Virus record (IMG/VR): IMGVR_UViG_3300005611_000012 | Span: 8,075 to 72,074 of that record | Direction: 5' to 3' (one strand) | DNA: 64,000 nucleotides | Origin: a virus | Shown: positions 34,360 through 42,720 of the stretch, in pieces | Layout: every line of letters begins with the position of its first letter | Position numbering within the stretch: position 1 is the first letter of the stretch | Program-made: the position numbers and the translations under genes | Notes under the pieces: generated by a model | Seen by the model: only the letters and a program-made list of their open reading frames with translations | Told to the model about the DNA's origin: nothing | Databases searched by the model: none

Positions 34360-36516
34360 ATGCGTGATTTCAATACGCTGACCGATCATCCTGTCTTGGA
34401 ACGTATGGTCAATATCATTTCCAAGAAGACTCAAAACGATAATCGAAACTTCTTTCGAGTTGAGTGCGCCTACTTTCTTGCAAAGATGGCTGCTGCGATG
34501 AGAGCGGAGATTATCACCAAAGACCGCGGTAAGATCCCGGTAAACCTGTATGCTCTGGCTCTCGCCACATCAGGCTTTGGTAAGGGTCATTCTGTCGGTA
34601 TTATTGAAGACACGCTGATGCATGGCTTCAAGAAGCGTTTCATCGAAACAACGATGCAGGGTCTTGCAGAAAAGAACCTGATACGCCTCGCGAATAAGCG
34701 GGCTGCTTATAAGGGAACGGATCCGTCTACAGAAGAAACCTCTCTTCAGAGGGAGTATGATCAGGCGGGTCCGTATCCTTTTACATTCGATAGCGGCACC
34801 GTGCCGGCAGTGAAGCAGCTTCGCCAGAAACTGATGCTCTCCGGATGTGGCGGGATCAATCTCCAAATCGATGAAGTTGGTTCTAATCTTCTGCAGAGCG
34901 CAGAGATCATGAACACATTTCTCGAGCTCTATGATAAGGGCAAGACCAAAGCAAAACTGACGAAAAACACTGTCGACAATTCTCGGGGTATCGACCTCGA
35001 TGCACCGACACCAGCTAATATGCTGCTCTTTGGCACCCCATCTAAATTACTGGATGGTGGAGCCACAGAAGACACTTTCTTTGAGTTTCTTCAAACTGGC
35101 TACGCACGCCGTATGCTTTTCGCCTGGGGCGAACAGGAACGCTCTATGAAGAAGCGCTCAGCTGCAGATGTTTATGCAGCCCTGACAGACCCTGCAATGG
35201 AAAGCGATGTCGCAGTGCTATCTCGAGGATTTGCTCAGCTGGCCAGCGAGATGAACCATGAATACCAGATTGAGGTACCAGACAATGTTGGCATTCTGCT
35301 TCTGGAATATCGATTCCTATGTGAGGAGCAGGCTGATGCTCTGGAAGAGTATCAAGATCTGCAAAAAACTGAGCTAGGTCACAGATACTTCAAGGCGCTG
35401 AAGCTTGCCGGCGTATACGCCTTTCTGGATCAATCTCCGGTAATGACCGAAGATAACCTCTATCAGGCTATTCATCTGGTTGAGAGCTCTGGCCAGGATT
35501 TCAAGAAGCTCCTCTCTCGTGAGGCGCCATATGTGAAGCTGGCTCGATATATTGCTTCATTCAACGGGGAGCTGACTCATGCTGATCTGACGGAGAATCT
35601 TCCGTACTATAAGACCAGCAGCACTCAACGCCGGGAGATCATGGATCTCGCTACAGCGTGGGGATATAAGAACAACATCATCATCAAGAAGACGTTTGCC
35701 GAAGGTATTGAGTTCTTCACCGGCGAAAGCCTCAATGAGACCAATACGGATCAGATGCTTTTTACGGTGAGCGAAGATATGGCCACAGGCTATGCCATAG
35801 AAGTTCAGCCTTTTGACCAGATGTGGCGACTTACCGGAGCGGCTGATCATCATTGGTGTAACCACCGTTTCCATGAAGGTCATCGTCGCGGCGACAAAGT
35901 CATTGAAGGCTTCAATATGGTTGTCCTCGATGTCGATGGTGAAACATCACTCGCATTCGCCCACGAGATGCTCCGGGACTACATGTTCATGACGCACACG
36001 ACTAAGCGACACGGCGAAGAAGGCAAAGACCGGTTCCGTATCGTGATGCCTCTGAAATATGAGCTATTCCTCAATAAAGAGGATTATCGCCAATTCATGA
36101 ATAATATCATGGAATGGCTACCATTTGATTCTGATGAAGGATCCAACCAGCGAGAGCGTAAATGGATGACTAATCCTGGAGCGCAGCACCACTACAACAT
36201 GGGTGGGGTTTTGCTGGATCCGGTACGCTTCATTCCAAAGACTTCGAAAAATGAGCAACACATCAATCAGATGACCGAACTCAAAGATCTTGGGGCCTTG
36301 GAGCGTTGGTTCGCTGAACGTATGGAACCAGGAAACCGGAACAACCAGATGATCAAATATGCCCTGGCTCTTCTTGATGGGGGATTGGATTATCCTTCAA
36401 TTGAAGCCCGGGTCATTCACTTTAATGATCAGCTACAATCGCCGCTCTCTGAAAATGAGCTCCGGATGACAGTCTTAAAGACGGTTGCCCGGAAATCCAC
36501 ACAAACCGAACCATAA
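34360..36516 (+). CDS. DNA primase (N4 gp43-like)
   Basis: Start ATG 34360 (GAGG RBS); LALATSGFGKGHS, QIDEVG, VVLDVDG, HTTKRH...RFRI, GNRNNQMIKYA. Confidence 0.9.
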   Translation: MRDFNTLTDHPVLERMVNIISKKTQNDNRNFFRVECAYFLAKMAAAMRAEIITKDRGKIPVNLYALALATSGFGKGHSVGIIEDTLMHGFKKRFIETTMQGLAEKNLIRLANKRAAYKGTDPSTEETSLQREYDQAGPYPFTFDSGTVPAVKQLRQKLMLSGCGGINLQIDEVGSNLLQSAEIMNTFLELYDKGKTKAKLTKNTVDNSRGIDLDAPTPANMLLFGTPSKLLDGGATEDTFFEFLQTGYARRMLFAWGEQERSMKKRSAADVYAALTDPAMESDVAVLSRGFAQLASEMNHEYQIEVPDNVGILLLEYRFLCEEQADALEEYQDLQKTELGHRYFKALKLAGVYAFLDQSPVMTEDNLYQAIHLVESSGQDFKKLLSREAPYVKLARYIASFNGELTHADLTENLPYYKTSSTQRREIMDLATAWGYKNNIIIKKTFAEGIEFFTGESLNETNTDQMLFTVSEDMATGYAIEVQPFDQMWRLTGAADHHWCNHRFHEGHRRGDKVIEGFNMVVLDVDGETSLAFAHEMLRDYMFMTHTTKRHGEEGKDRFRIVMPLKYELFLNKEDYRQFMNNIMEWLPFDSDEGSNQRERKWMTNPGAQHHYNMGGVLLDPVRFIPKTSKNEQHINQMTELKDLGALERWFAERMEPGNRNNQMIKYALALLDGGLDYPSIEARVIHFNDQLQSPLSENELRMTVLKTVARKSTQTEP

Positions 36517-36528
36517 AAGGAAAGATAA

Positions 36529-37254
36529 ATGCCAGGTCAGCTAATTCTTATCAGCGGCGAATCCGCTTCTGGTAAATCCACATCGCTGATGAATCTGCCG
36601 AACCAGGAACGCTGGGGTTATTTGAACACTGAGTCTGGTAAAGACTTGCCGTTTCCGCATAACTTCCGCGCAGCTATCGTGACCGATCCGTATGAGATTT
36701 CTTCTACGATCGACGAGGTGGTTGATGCTCCACAATTCGACGGCGTCATCATTGATTCACTCACCTTCATGATGGACATGTTCGAAAGCCTCTACATCGT
36801 AGGAGCCAAAGACGGTCGTGATGCATGGCAGCAGTATGCTCAGTTCTTTAAGAACCTCATGCAGCAGTCTGTCGCCAAAGCACTCAAAGCCGGCAAGCAT
36901 GTGATATTTTTGGCACATACTCGCACTGAGCAGGACGCTGCGCTGAACGATAAGACATACGTTCCTATCAAAGGCCAGCTCGCCAATCAGGGAATTGAAG
37001 CCTATTTCTCGACAGTGGTCTCCACCAAGCGAATCCCTCTCGAGAAACTTGAAGGTATGGATCCAGCACTCTTGAACATCACTGAAGATGACAAGATGGT
37101 TGGTTACAAACACGTTTTCCAAACACGTCTCACCAAAGAGACGGTTGGTGAACGAATCCGGGGTCCTATCGGTCTGTTCCAACGGAACCAGATCTATATG
37201 GACAACGACGTTGCAAAGCTCATTGAACATATGAACGCACATTTTGGCGTTTAA
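36529..37254 (+). CDS. P-loop ATPase (N4 gp44-like, Sak4-type recombination protein)
   Basis: GESASGKSTS, LNTESGK, IIDSLTF, IFLAH, GIEAYFSTV. Confidence 0.85.
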   Translation: MPGQLILISGESASGKSTSLMNLPNQERWGYLNTESGKDLPFPHNFRAAIVTDPYEISSTIDEVVDAPQFDGVIIDSLTFMMDMFESLYIVGAKDGRDAWQQYAQFFKNLMQQSVAKALKAGKHVIFLAHTRTEQDAALNDKTYVPIKGQLANQGIEAYFSTVVSTKRIPLEKLEGMDPALLNITEDDKMVGYKHVFQTRLTKETVGERIRGPIGLFQRNQIYMDNDVAKLIEHMNAHFGV

Positions 37255-37311
37255 TTGAGTTTTGTTTTTTGGTGGCCATAGGTCACGTTGAAACCCGAAA
37301 GGTAAAATAAA

Positions 37312-38037
37312 ATGTTCCAGGACTTGGAAAAAGAACTCGAAGGTGTTGCTGAACAGGAAGACCGCCTTGGTGGCGGAGGCTATTTGGTCAATTCCGGCGT
37401 CTATGACGCAGCTGTCAAAATGGCGTACATCACGCCGGCATCGAGCTCAAAAGCTCAGTGCATGAATATTGTCCTTGAAGTCGACGGCAAAGAAATCCGT
37501 GAGCGTGTTTGGTTCACCAACCGCGAAGGCAAGCCGACGTACACAAAAGACGGCAAGAAGTTCATGCTGCCAGGCTATGAAACGATTAACGATCTTTGTC
37601 TTGTGACGACTGGACATCCGTTCTCTGAACAGACTGTCGAAGAGAAAGTCATCAAGGTCTACGATTACGAAGCCAAAGGCGAAGTCGAAAAAGCTCTCCC
37701 TGTCGTGACGTCCATTCTGACGAAGCCACTCTTGGCCGGCGTTCTGATGGTTCGCGAAAACAAGCAGGAAAAGAACTCTGCCGGTGATTACGTTAATATC
37801 GCGGAAACCCGTGAATTTAACGAATTCGACAAGTTCTTCCACAAAGACACCCGCAAGACGGTGCCTGAGCTGAAGCGCGGCGGTGACATCACCGAAGAAG
37901 ACATGTTCATCACCCTCTGGGCCGAAAAGAACACCGGAGAGATCCGAGATCGGTCGAAACCAGTGGCTGGATCCGGACCAGCGAAAGCTGCCGGCGGTGC
38001 CGCAGGGGGTGGTGGGAAATCGCTGTTCGCGAACTAA
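37312..38037 (+). CDS. ssb: Single-stranded DNA-binding protein (N4 gp45-like)
   Basis: EQEDRLGGGG, LPGYETINDLCL, EKVIKVYDYE, Gly/Ala tail ending KSLF; synteny after gp44. Confidence 0.85.
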   Translation: MFQDLEKELEGVAEQEDRLGGGGYLVNSGVYDAAVKMAYITPASSSKAQCMNIVLEVDGKEIRERVWFTNREGKPTYTKDGKKFMLPGYETINDLCLVTTGHPFSEQTVEEKVIKVYDYEAKGEVEKALPVVTSILTKPLLAGVLMVRENKQEKNSAGDYVNIAETREFNEFDKFFHKDTRKTVPELKRGGDITEEDMFITLWAEKNTGEIRDRSKPVAGSGPAKAAGGAAGGGGKSLFAN

Positions 38038-38060
38038 ATCGAGCGCGAGCAGTGGGGCTA

Positions 38061-38089
38061 GGGGCCTCTTGAGATGCAAAGGAGGCCCC
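38061..38089 (+). terminator. Hairpin after ssb
   Basis: GGGGCCTC...GAGGCCCC 8-bp stem; no clear U-tract. Confidence 0.5.
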
Positions 38090-38090
38090 G

Positions 38091-38531
38091 ATGCCTGTTC
38101 CCCATTATTACCGTTTGGTTCTCCCTCTTTATACGGGAGGAACCACCCGAACTCTGAAATCCGGTAAAGTGACAAAGCCAACCAAGAAACACTGGTTGAC
38201 GATGAATAACTACCGGAACTGGCACTATCAGACGGCCGATTCCACGAAGAAGAAATTCAAAGAAGCCGTGAAGCCTCAAATATTGGCTCTGCCGGACCTG
38301 ACAGCCCTCTGGGGCGTCATTCACCTGCACTATATCCTGTACCCCCCAAATCGTCAGACACGCGATCTCATGAACGCTGTGGCGATTATCGACAAATACT
38401 TCTCTGACGCATTGGTCGAATTGGGGAAACTCACTGATGATGATTTAGATAATATCAGATCATTGTCTTGTAATGCAGAAAACATTGACAAGGCCAATCC
38501 GAGGATGGAAGTTGTTATAACCCAACATTAA
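38091..38531 (+). CDS. RusA-like Holliday junction resolvase
   Basis: TMNNYRNWHY...KKKFK, YILYPPNRQTRDLMN...KYFSDALV..G.LTDDD. Confidence 0.8.
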   Translation: MPVPHYYRLVLPLYTGGTTRTLKSGKVTKPTKKHWLTMNNYRNWHYQTADSTKKKFKEAVKPQILALPDLTALWGVIHLHYILYPPNRQTRDLMNAVAIIDKYFSDALVELGKLTDDDLDNIRSLSCNAENIDKANPRMEVVITQH

Positions 38532-38552
38532 TCCACAATCCAAGGAAACCCA

Positions 38553-39311
38553 ATGCCAGACATTGATACCTATTCGCCGCGCAAGGTCACTGACCAAAAC
38601 CGTGACCTGCTCCCTGCAACACATGATCCCGAGAAAAGGAAGACTTACGTGGAAATCACATTGCAAGAACCCGAGATCCAGGAAGCTATCCGGAACTATA
38701 TCCGTGGCATGTACCCGACATTGCCGGACGAAGAGCTCCCTGTGAAAATCATCGCCGGCCGCGGTGAGAATGGCCATAGCGCCACAATCATCAAAGAGCC
38801 CATCCCAATCACCGTAAACTCACCTTCACAGCCTAAGGTCGCCGTGGCGTCCTATACGGCCGCCCAGGAAGATGCTAATCGCCGCAATGGCGAAGAGGCT
38901 ATCACAGAAGGTCCTGAAGATGCCGAGACGATCCAAGAAGCTGATGCGGCTCCAGAAACAGCTGGAGAACCAGAAGAAGATGGAACCGGTCCTGAGCCAG
39001 CCAACATATTCCATGATATCGATTTCGCCATCGACGTCAAAGACGTCGACACCACACCCGATGAACCTGCCCCAGCAGATGAGCCGGAATCGGCGCCGGC
39101 GGAGACAAGTGCAGACGCTCCTGAGACTGTCGCACAAGAAGAACAAGTGACGCCAACAGAGCCTCCTAAAAAGAGCTCGTTGTTCGACACACCAAAACCA
39201 GTCGAAGATAACTCTTCTGCCGCGGAGGCCGCCGGTACGCCTCCAGAAGCGGAGCCTGAAGCTCCAACTGAGGCATCGGCGTCAAAGCCAAAGAGTATCT
39301 TCGACAACTAA
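38553..39311 (+). CDS. N4-like acidic protein with low-complexity tail
   Basis: ITLQEPEIQEAIRNYI...IIAGRGENGHSA N-terminal domain; Glu/Pro/Ala tail with KKSSLF and KSIF. Confidence 0.7.
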   Translation: MPDIDTYSPRKVTDQNRDLLPATHDPEKRKTYVEITLQEPEIQEAIRNYIRGMYPTLPDEELPVKIIAGRGENGHSATIIKEPIPITVNSPSQPKVAVASYTAAQEDANRRNGEEAITEGPEDAETIQEADAAPETAGEPEEDGTGPEPANIFHDIDFAIDVKDVDTTPDEPAPADEPESAPAETSADAPETVAQEEQVTPTEPPKKSSLFDTPKPVEDNSSAAEAAGTPPEAEPEAPTEASASKPKSIFDN

Positions 39312-39670
39312 GATCGGCAGTGAAGATGCTGATGCTTGGGAACCCTGACCAAAAGCACCACCTGAGAGAAATACGTTAGGGCTGTAGCTGTGCCACAAAG
39401 GGCAGCATAACGGCTGAATCTTCTCAAGAGGGTTTACTTCACAAGGGGCGAGGGAGAGATCCCCGAGTCGGTTAGACCCTGGCCGGCACTTAAGTTTCAA
39501 GAATCTCGCACGACGCGCTACCGGGCCAGAGATATTAACTGGGTATATGTAGTGAGGTGGGCATTACCATCCCCTCGAGGATTACGACTTCGGAAGGTTT
39601 TCTCAAAAAGTGGCTGGCTTTGGCAGCATTGAGCCTAGGGAGATCAACGCTGCATTCAAATTTCACCCGA
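39312..39670 (+). ncRNA. Candidate structured non-coding RNA (upstream tract)
   Basis: About 360 nt with no convincing ORF; helices TCGGCA/TGCTGA, CTGGCC/GGCCAG and GCAGCATTGA/TCAACGCTGC. Confidence 0.35.
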
Positions 39671-39679
39671 GAGGACGAT

Positions 39680-40180
39680 ATGAAATATTTCTTCGGAACT
39701 AAACTGGTCAAAGCTACGCCTATGACCCAGGAAGAGTTTGCCCAGTACATGGGCACCACTACGCCAACCAATATGCCTGACCGATCGCCTCCAGGCTATC
39801 TGGTCGAATATAAAGACGGAGGCGGCCCCAATCATGAAAACCACGATAATTATATCTCGTGGTCCCCTAAAGCGGTTTTCGAAGATGCCTATCAGCCTAC
39901 GACGGCTATGGCCTTCGGCCATGCCGTCGAGGCTTTAAAGCGGGGAATGCGGGTTTCTCGTGCTGGCTGGAACGGCAAAGGTATGTTCCTCTATATGGAA
40001 GAACAGACTACTTCCAACGCTGCAATGGAGCGTCACCTGGGGTTGAAAGAACATTTCTCCCATGGCGGCGTCATCATTAAGCGCTCCCATATCATGATGC
40101 TCACAGCCCAGGACGATGTTGTTCCGTGGCTCGCGTCACAGTCAGATATTCTGGCCAATGATTGGTGCATCGTCGAATAG
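39680..40180 (+). CDS. DUF2829 (Tad2-like anti-defence sponge) domain fused to an N-terminal phage domain
   Basis: Start ATG 39680 (GAGG RBS); MAFGHAVEALKRGMRVSRAGWNGKGMF...VPWLASQSDILANDW; N-terminal GTKLVKATPM...GYLVEY...YISWSPK.VFE.AY. Confidence 0.8.
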   Translation: MKYFFGTKLVKATPMTQEEFAQYMGTTTPTNMPDRSPPGYLVEYKDGGGPNHENHDNYISWSPKAVFEDAYQPTTAMAFGHAVEALKRGMRVSRAGWNGKGMFLYMEEQTTSNAAMERHLGLKEHFSHGGVIIKRSHIMMLTAQDDVVPWLASQSDILANDWCIVE

Positions 40181-40234
40181 GGCGTCCGGCGGACCGGTTT
40201 GAAGCGGCGGGTTCAATTCCCGTCACGTCCACCA
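40180..40234 (+). ncRNA. Truncated tRNA-like element (acceptor stem, T arm and ACCA; no normal D or anticodon arms)
   Basis: GGGCGT/ACGTCC acceptor helix, GCGGG-TTCAATT-CCCGT T arm, encoded ACCA; only about 20 nt between the acceptor 5' strand and the T arm. Confidence 0.6.
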
Positions 40235-40255
40235 TTTCTTTTTAAGGAGCCTTTT

Positions 40256-40627
40256 ATGGCTGATACCAAGCTCAAAATTGGGGAAACTGTCTGCTATAAG
40301 TGTGGCTCTCCAACTTTCGTCATCAAGAAAATCGTCAAAGACGGTGATCTCATTCTTTCTTGGTTCAATTCCAAGATTCATGCTCATCAGGATATTCGGG
40401 TACCCCCGCATCTGGTGGAGCTGGTTGAAGACTTCAACGAACGCAAATTGAAGATCGAGACCCAATTCGATAAACGCCTTTATCGCGTTCCAGAGGGTCT
40501 CCCGTTGGATCACATTCTGACGATCGGCTTTGATTCTGCTGAACTTAAACAAAGCTTTCTTGAGCGGATGTTTGATGAGCAGATGCAAGCTCGTATTCTC
40601 GGTGATGACGAACCACTGAAACACTAA
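40256..40627 (+). CDS. Protein with YodC/DUF2158-like N-terminal domain
   Basis: Start ATG 40256 (AAGGAG RBS); KIGETVCYKCGSPTFVI...ILSWF resembles GDxVxLKSGGPxMTV...WF. Confidence 0.55.
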   Translation: MADTKLKIGETVCYKCGSPTFVIKKIVKDGDLILSWFNSKIHAHQDIRVPPHLVELVEDFNERKLKIETQFDKRLYRVPEGLPLDHILTIGFDSAELKQSFLERMFDEQMQARILGDDEPLKH

Positions 40628-41217
40628 AACCCCGTGAGGGGCAGGATCCGTGAAGGCCGAGGGGGGTTTGTTCGCCCAGAGCCGTGTAAGGGATCCGCAG
40701 GACCAAGAGCTGCAGAGCACGGTTACCTGATTGGATATTGGTGTTCTGAAAGATGGTCGCCGGTAGTGACAGAGTTTTTGGTTCGGGCTTCATTTGTCGT
40801 AGTGCCATTCGATGAATGAAGCCCATTAATAGCTCCCGCAAGGGAGTAGGGCCTAGTGATCTACGAAACGCCTTCGGGCATAGAACACCCCTCACCCCGA
40901 ACCAGGGGCCGTGTTAGTAAGGGTTCAAATCCGTAAAGCACGGTTCCTGGTTCTTCATTAAGTTTTATGATGCGATGATCCCGAATGTACCAGGTAGGTG
41001 TATTTAGGCCTGGTTCTCCATACGGTCGACAAGGGCGGCTACGGAGGTAACTACTCTGAGTACAGAGGACAATCACGTCGCAACCGCTTAGCGAAAGCGA
41101 AAGCAGCCTGGAACGGGACAGGGTCCCATGACGTGCGTGGATGAAGAGACGGCGACCTGGGTAAGAGTTGTAATCAAAGGTGTCCCGGTTCGATCCCGAG
41201 ACAGAGATCATCGTATC
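40628..41217 (+). ncRNA. Candidate large ornate non-coding RNA (about 590 nt)
   Basis: No credible ORF; long-range helices GGTGTTCT/AGAACACC and GATGCGATGATC/GATCATCGTATC; GNRA and UUCG tetraloops; two T-loop hairpins; internal duplicated module. Confidence 0.6.
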
Positions 41218-41256
41218 TTAAAGCTTATTGCTTAGTGTCAACATAAGGAAATTTTT

Positions 41257-41604
41257 ATGCACTATCGAATCGTATCTTTTGCCGACATCGATGATCCATC
41301 TGACGTGGATCTGAATGATCTGCCTATAGCTCAATGCGGTTGGTTCGACGGTTATCCTGTCGGAGACCGGGCACTTGAGGGTGTGATGATTAAAGTCGTC
41401 ACCAACAAAGCCAGTGACGCTCTTGAGCTGGTATTCGACCAATGGCCCCCTTCTTTGGCCCAAGGGCATTTTGCCCCCAAGCTGTTAGAGTTTGCCTACC
41501 AGAATGATTTCTTCTCAAGCACTGAGGACGCTAATGATGATATGATTATGATCATCAAACGAGAAGACGATCAGAAGCCTTGGCGATATAATTACGAGGA
41601 TTAA
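41257..41604 (+). CDS. Acidic hypothetical protein
   Basis: 115 aa, AAGGA RBS. Confidence 0.65.
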   Translation: MHYRIVSFADIDDPSDVDLNDLPIAQCGWFDGYPVGDRALEGVMIKVVTNKASDALELVFDQWPPSLAQGHFAPKLLEFAYQNDFFSSTEDANDDMIMIIKREDDQKPWRYNYED

Positions 41605-41649
41605 AAAGCTCATCCGCCCGCGCGTAAATTTTCTGGGAGAAAAAAGTTT

Positions 41650-42411
41650 ATGTTGAAAAACTTAGAGATTCTTTTTTCTCAAGCAGACGAGATGGATATA
41701 TCCGATGGCAAACAAGCGTATAAACGATACCATCGCGTCCTTCTCGGAATCGCAGTATATTATGGGCAACCCATGTCGCGGGTGGTGGCTGCGTTTGCAG
41801 CTCTTAGTCCTAATAATGACTACGTTGGCAATCTTCGTTCTCTTGTTTCTATGCTCGATGCCAAACGCCGAGGGTATGAATATAAAGACGCAATCGTTTC
41901 AACATATAAAGCCGCTAGAGCCAGAGCCAACTTATACCTGACTGGAACGCCTTTCCTGGATCACGCTAAGGGCCTGAAGACTCGCGCATTTTACCAAAAT
42001 TTATTACATCCTGAGATGGACGGGCCAGTCACAGTTGATGGCCATATGTACCACGCCTGGATGGGAACCACCGGAGGCATGAAAGATGCGAACGTTACTG
42101 CAAAACTTTATGCTGAAATATCGGATGCGACGCGCCGGCTGGCAGCTGAGCATGGTTATCTGGCTCATGAAGCACAAGCGATCCTCTGGTATACTAGGAA
42201 GCGTTTGCTCGGGATTGTCTACGATCCTCAATTGGCTCTGTTTGCGCAACACGGAGGCTATCAGCAGGCACATTTCGCGCCTCAAGAAATCCGACCCTAT
42301 GGAGTAGAAAATGAAACTCAAGACTTTAGAATTGACCCGCTGGGAACATGCGAAGGTTCAGCATCACGCAGCAGTCAGCGCTCTCAATTGGATCTCCCAT
42401 TTCCGGGCTGA
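41650..42411 (+). CDS. HhH-GPD/endonuclease III-fold-like protein (putative DNA glycosylase or base-modification related)
   Basis: VAAFAALSPNN...N, KGLKTRAFYQN (HhH-like), PVTVDGHM (catalytic VDxH-like), EAQAILWY. Confidence 0.55.
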   Translation: MLKNLEILFSQADEMDISDGKQAYKRYHRVLLGIAVYYGQPMSRVVAAFAALSPNNDYVGNLRSLVSMLDAKRRGYEYKDAIVSTYKAARARANLYLTGTPFLDHAKGLKTRAFYQNLLHPEMDGPVTVDGHMYHAWMGTTGGMKDANVTAKLYAEISDATRRLAAEHGYLAHEAQAILWYTRKRLLGIVYDPQLALFAQHGGYQQAHFAPQEIRPYGVENETQDFRIDPLGTCEGSASRSSQRSQLDLPFPG

Positions 42412-42559
42412 AGGTCTCCTCAGCATGGAAGAGTTCAATGAGATGGAGCGTTGGCGCCATTTGGCTGCCAAGCTTAGCGGCGATAAGTTTGAACCAATGG
42501 ATGAGACCACCGGCAAAGTCCGTGGTTGGGATCCAGAACAGAGAATGGATTTATCATGA
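42311..42559 (+). CDS. Hypothetical protein (overlaps 3' end of upstream ORF)
   Basis: 82 aa, GGAG RBS at about 42302. Confidence 0.5.
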   Translation: MKLKTLELTRWEHAKVQHHAAVSALNWISHFRAEGLLSMEEFNEMERWRHLAAKLSGDKFEPMDETTGKVRGWDPEQRMDLS

Positions 42560-42720
42560 GGGGCTCATCCGTGGTCGGTATTCTTTGGACATTTTGGTAT
42601 TGTTATGACGATTGGATTGCCAGCGTTAGCGGCATCCCTGAGCTAGGTACCGTCCCATTCTTTCTTTGGTTCGTTATTTGGCTCATCCTGAGTGCAGTGA
42701 CGGTCAGAATAGAAGTTTAA
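42556..42720 (+). CDS. Small two-TM membrane protein
   Basis: Start ATG 42556 (ATGA overlap); convergent with vRNAP. Confidence 0.55.
   Translation: MRGSSVVGILWTFWYCYDDWIASVSGIPELGTVPFFLWFVIWLILSAVTVRIEV

Noticed and set aside
37447-38181. 244-aa minus-strand ORF
   Set aside because: Antisense shadow of ssb; long antisense frames are expected from its codon pattern.
39557-39679. 41-codon N-terminal extension of the Tad2-like ORF given in the track
   Set aside because: ATG 39680 has a GAGG RBS and begins the recognisable domain; the upstream part lies in the structured tract.
41145-41210. Possible tRNA-Tyr (GTA in TTGTAAT, followed by a T-loop)
   Set aside because: No pairing anticodon stem, acceptor stem or CCA; counted as part of the larger RNA.
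40628-41217. tmRNA, RNase P RNA, SRP RNA or group I intron identity for the long tract
   Set aside because: No tmRNA acceptor/tag layout, no RNase P GAGGAAAGUCC core, no SRP domain IV motif, and no group I P/Q/R/S consensus found by eye.
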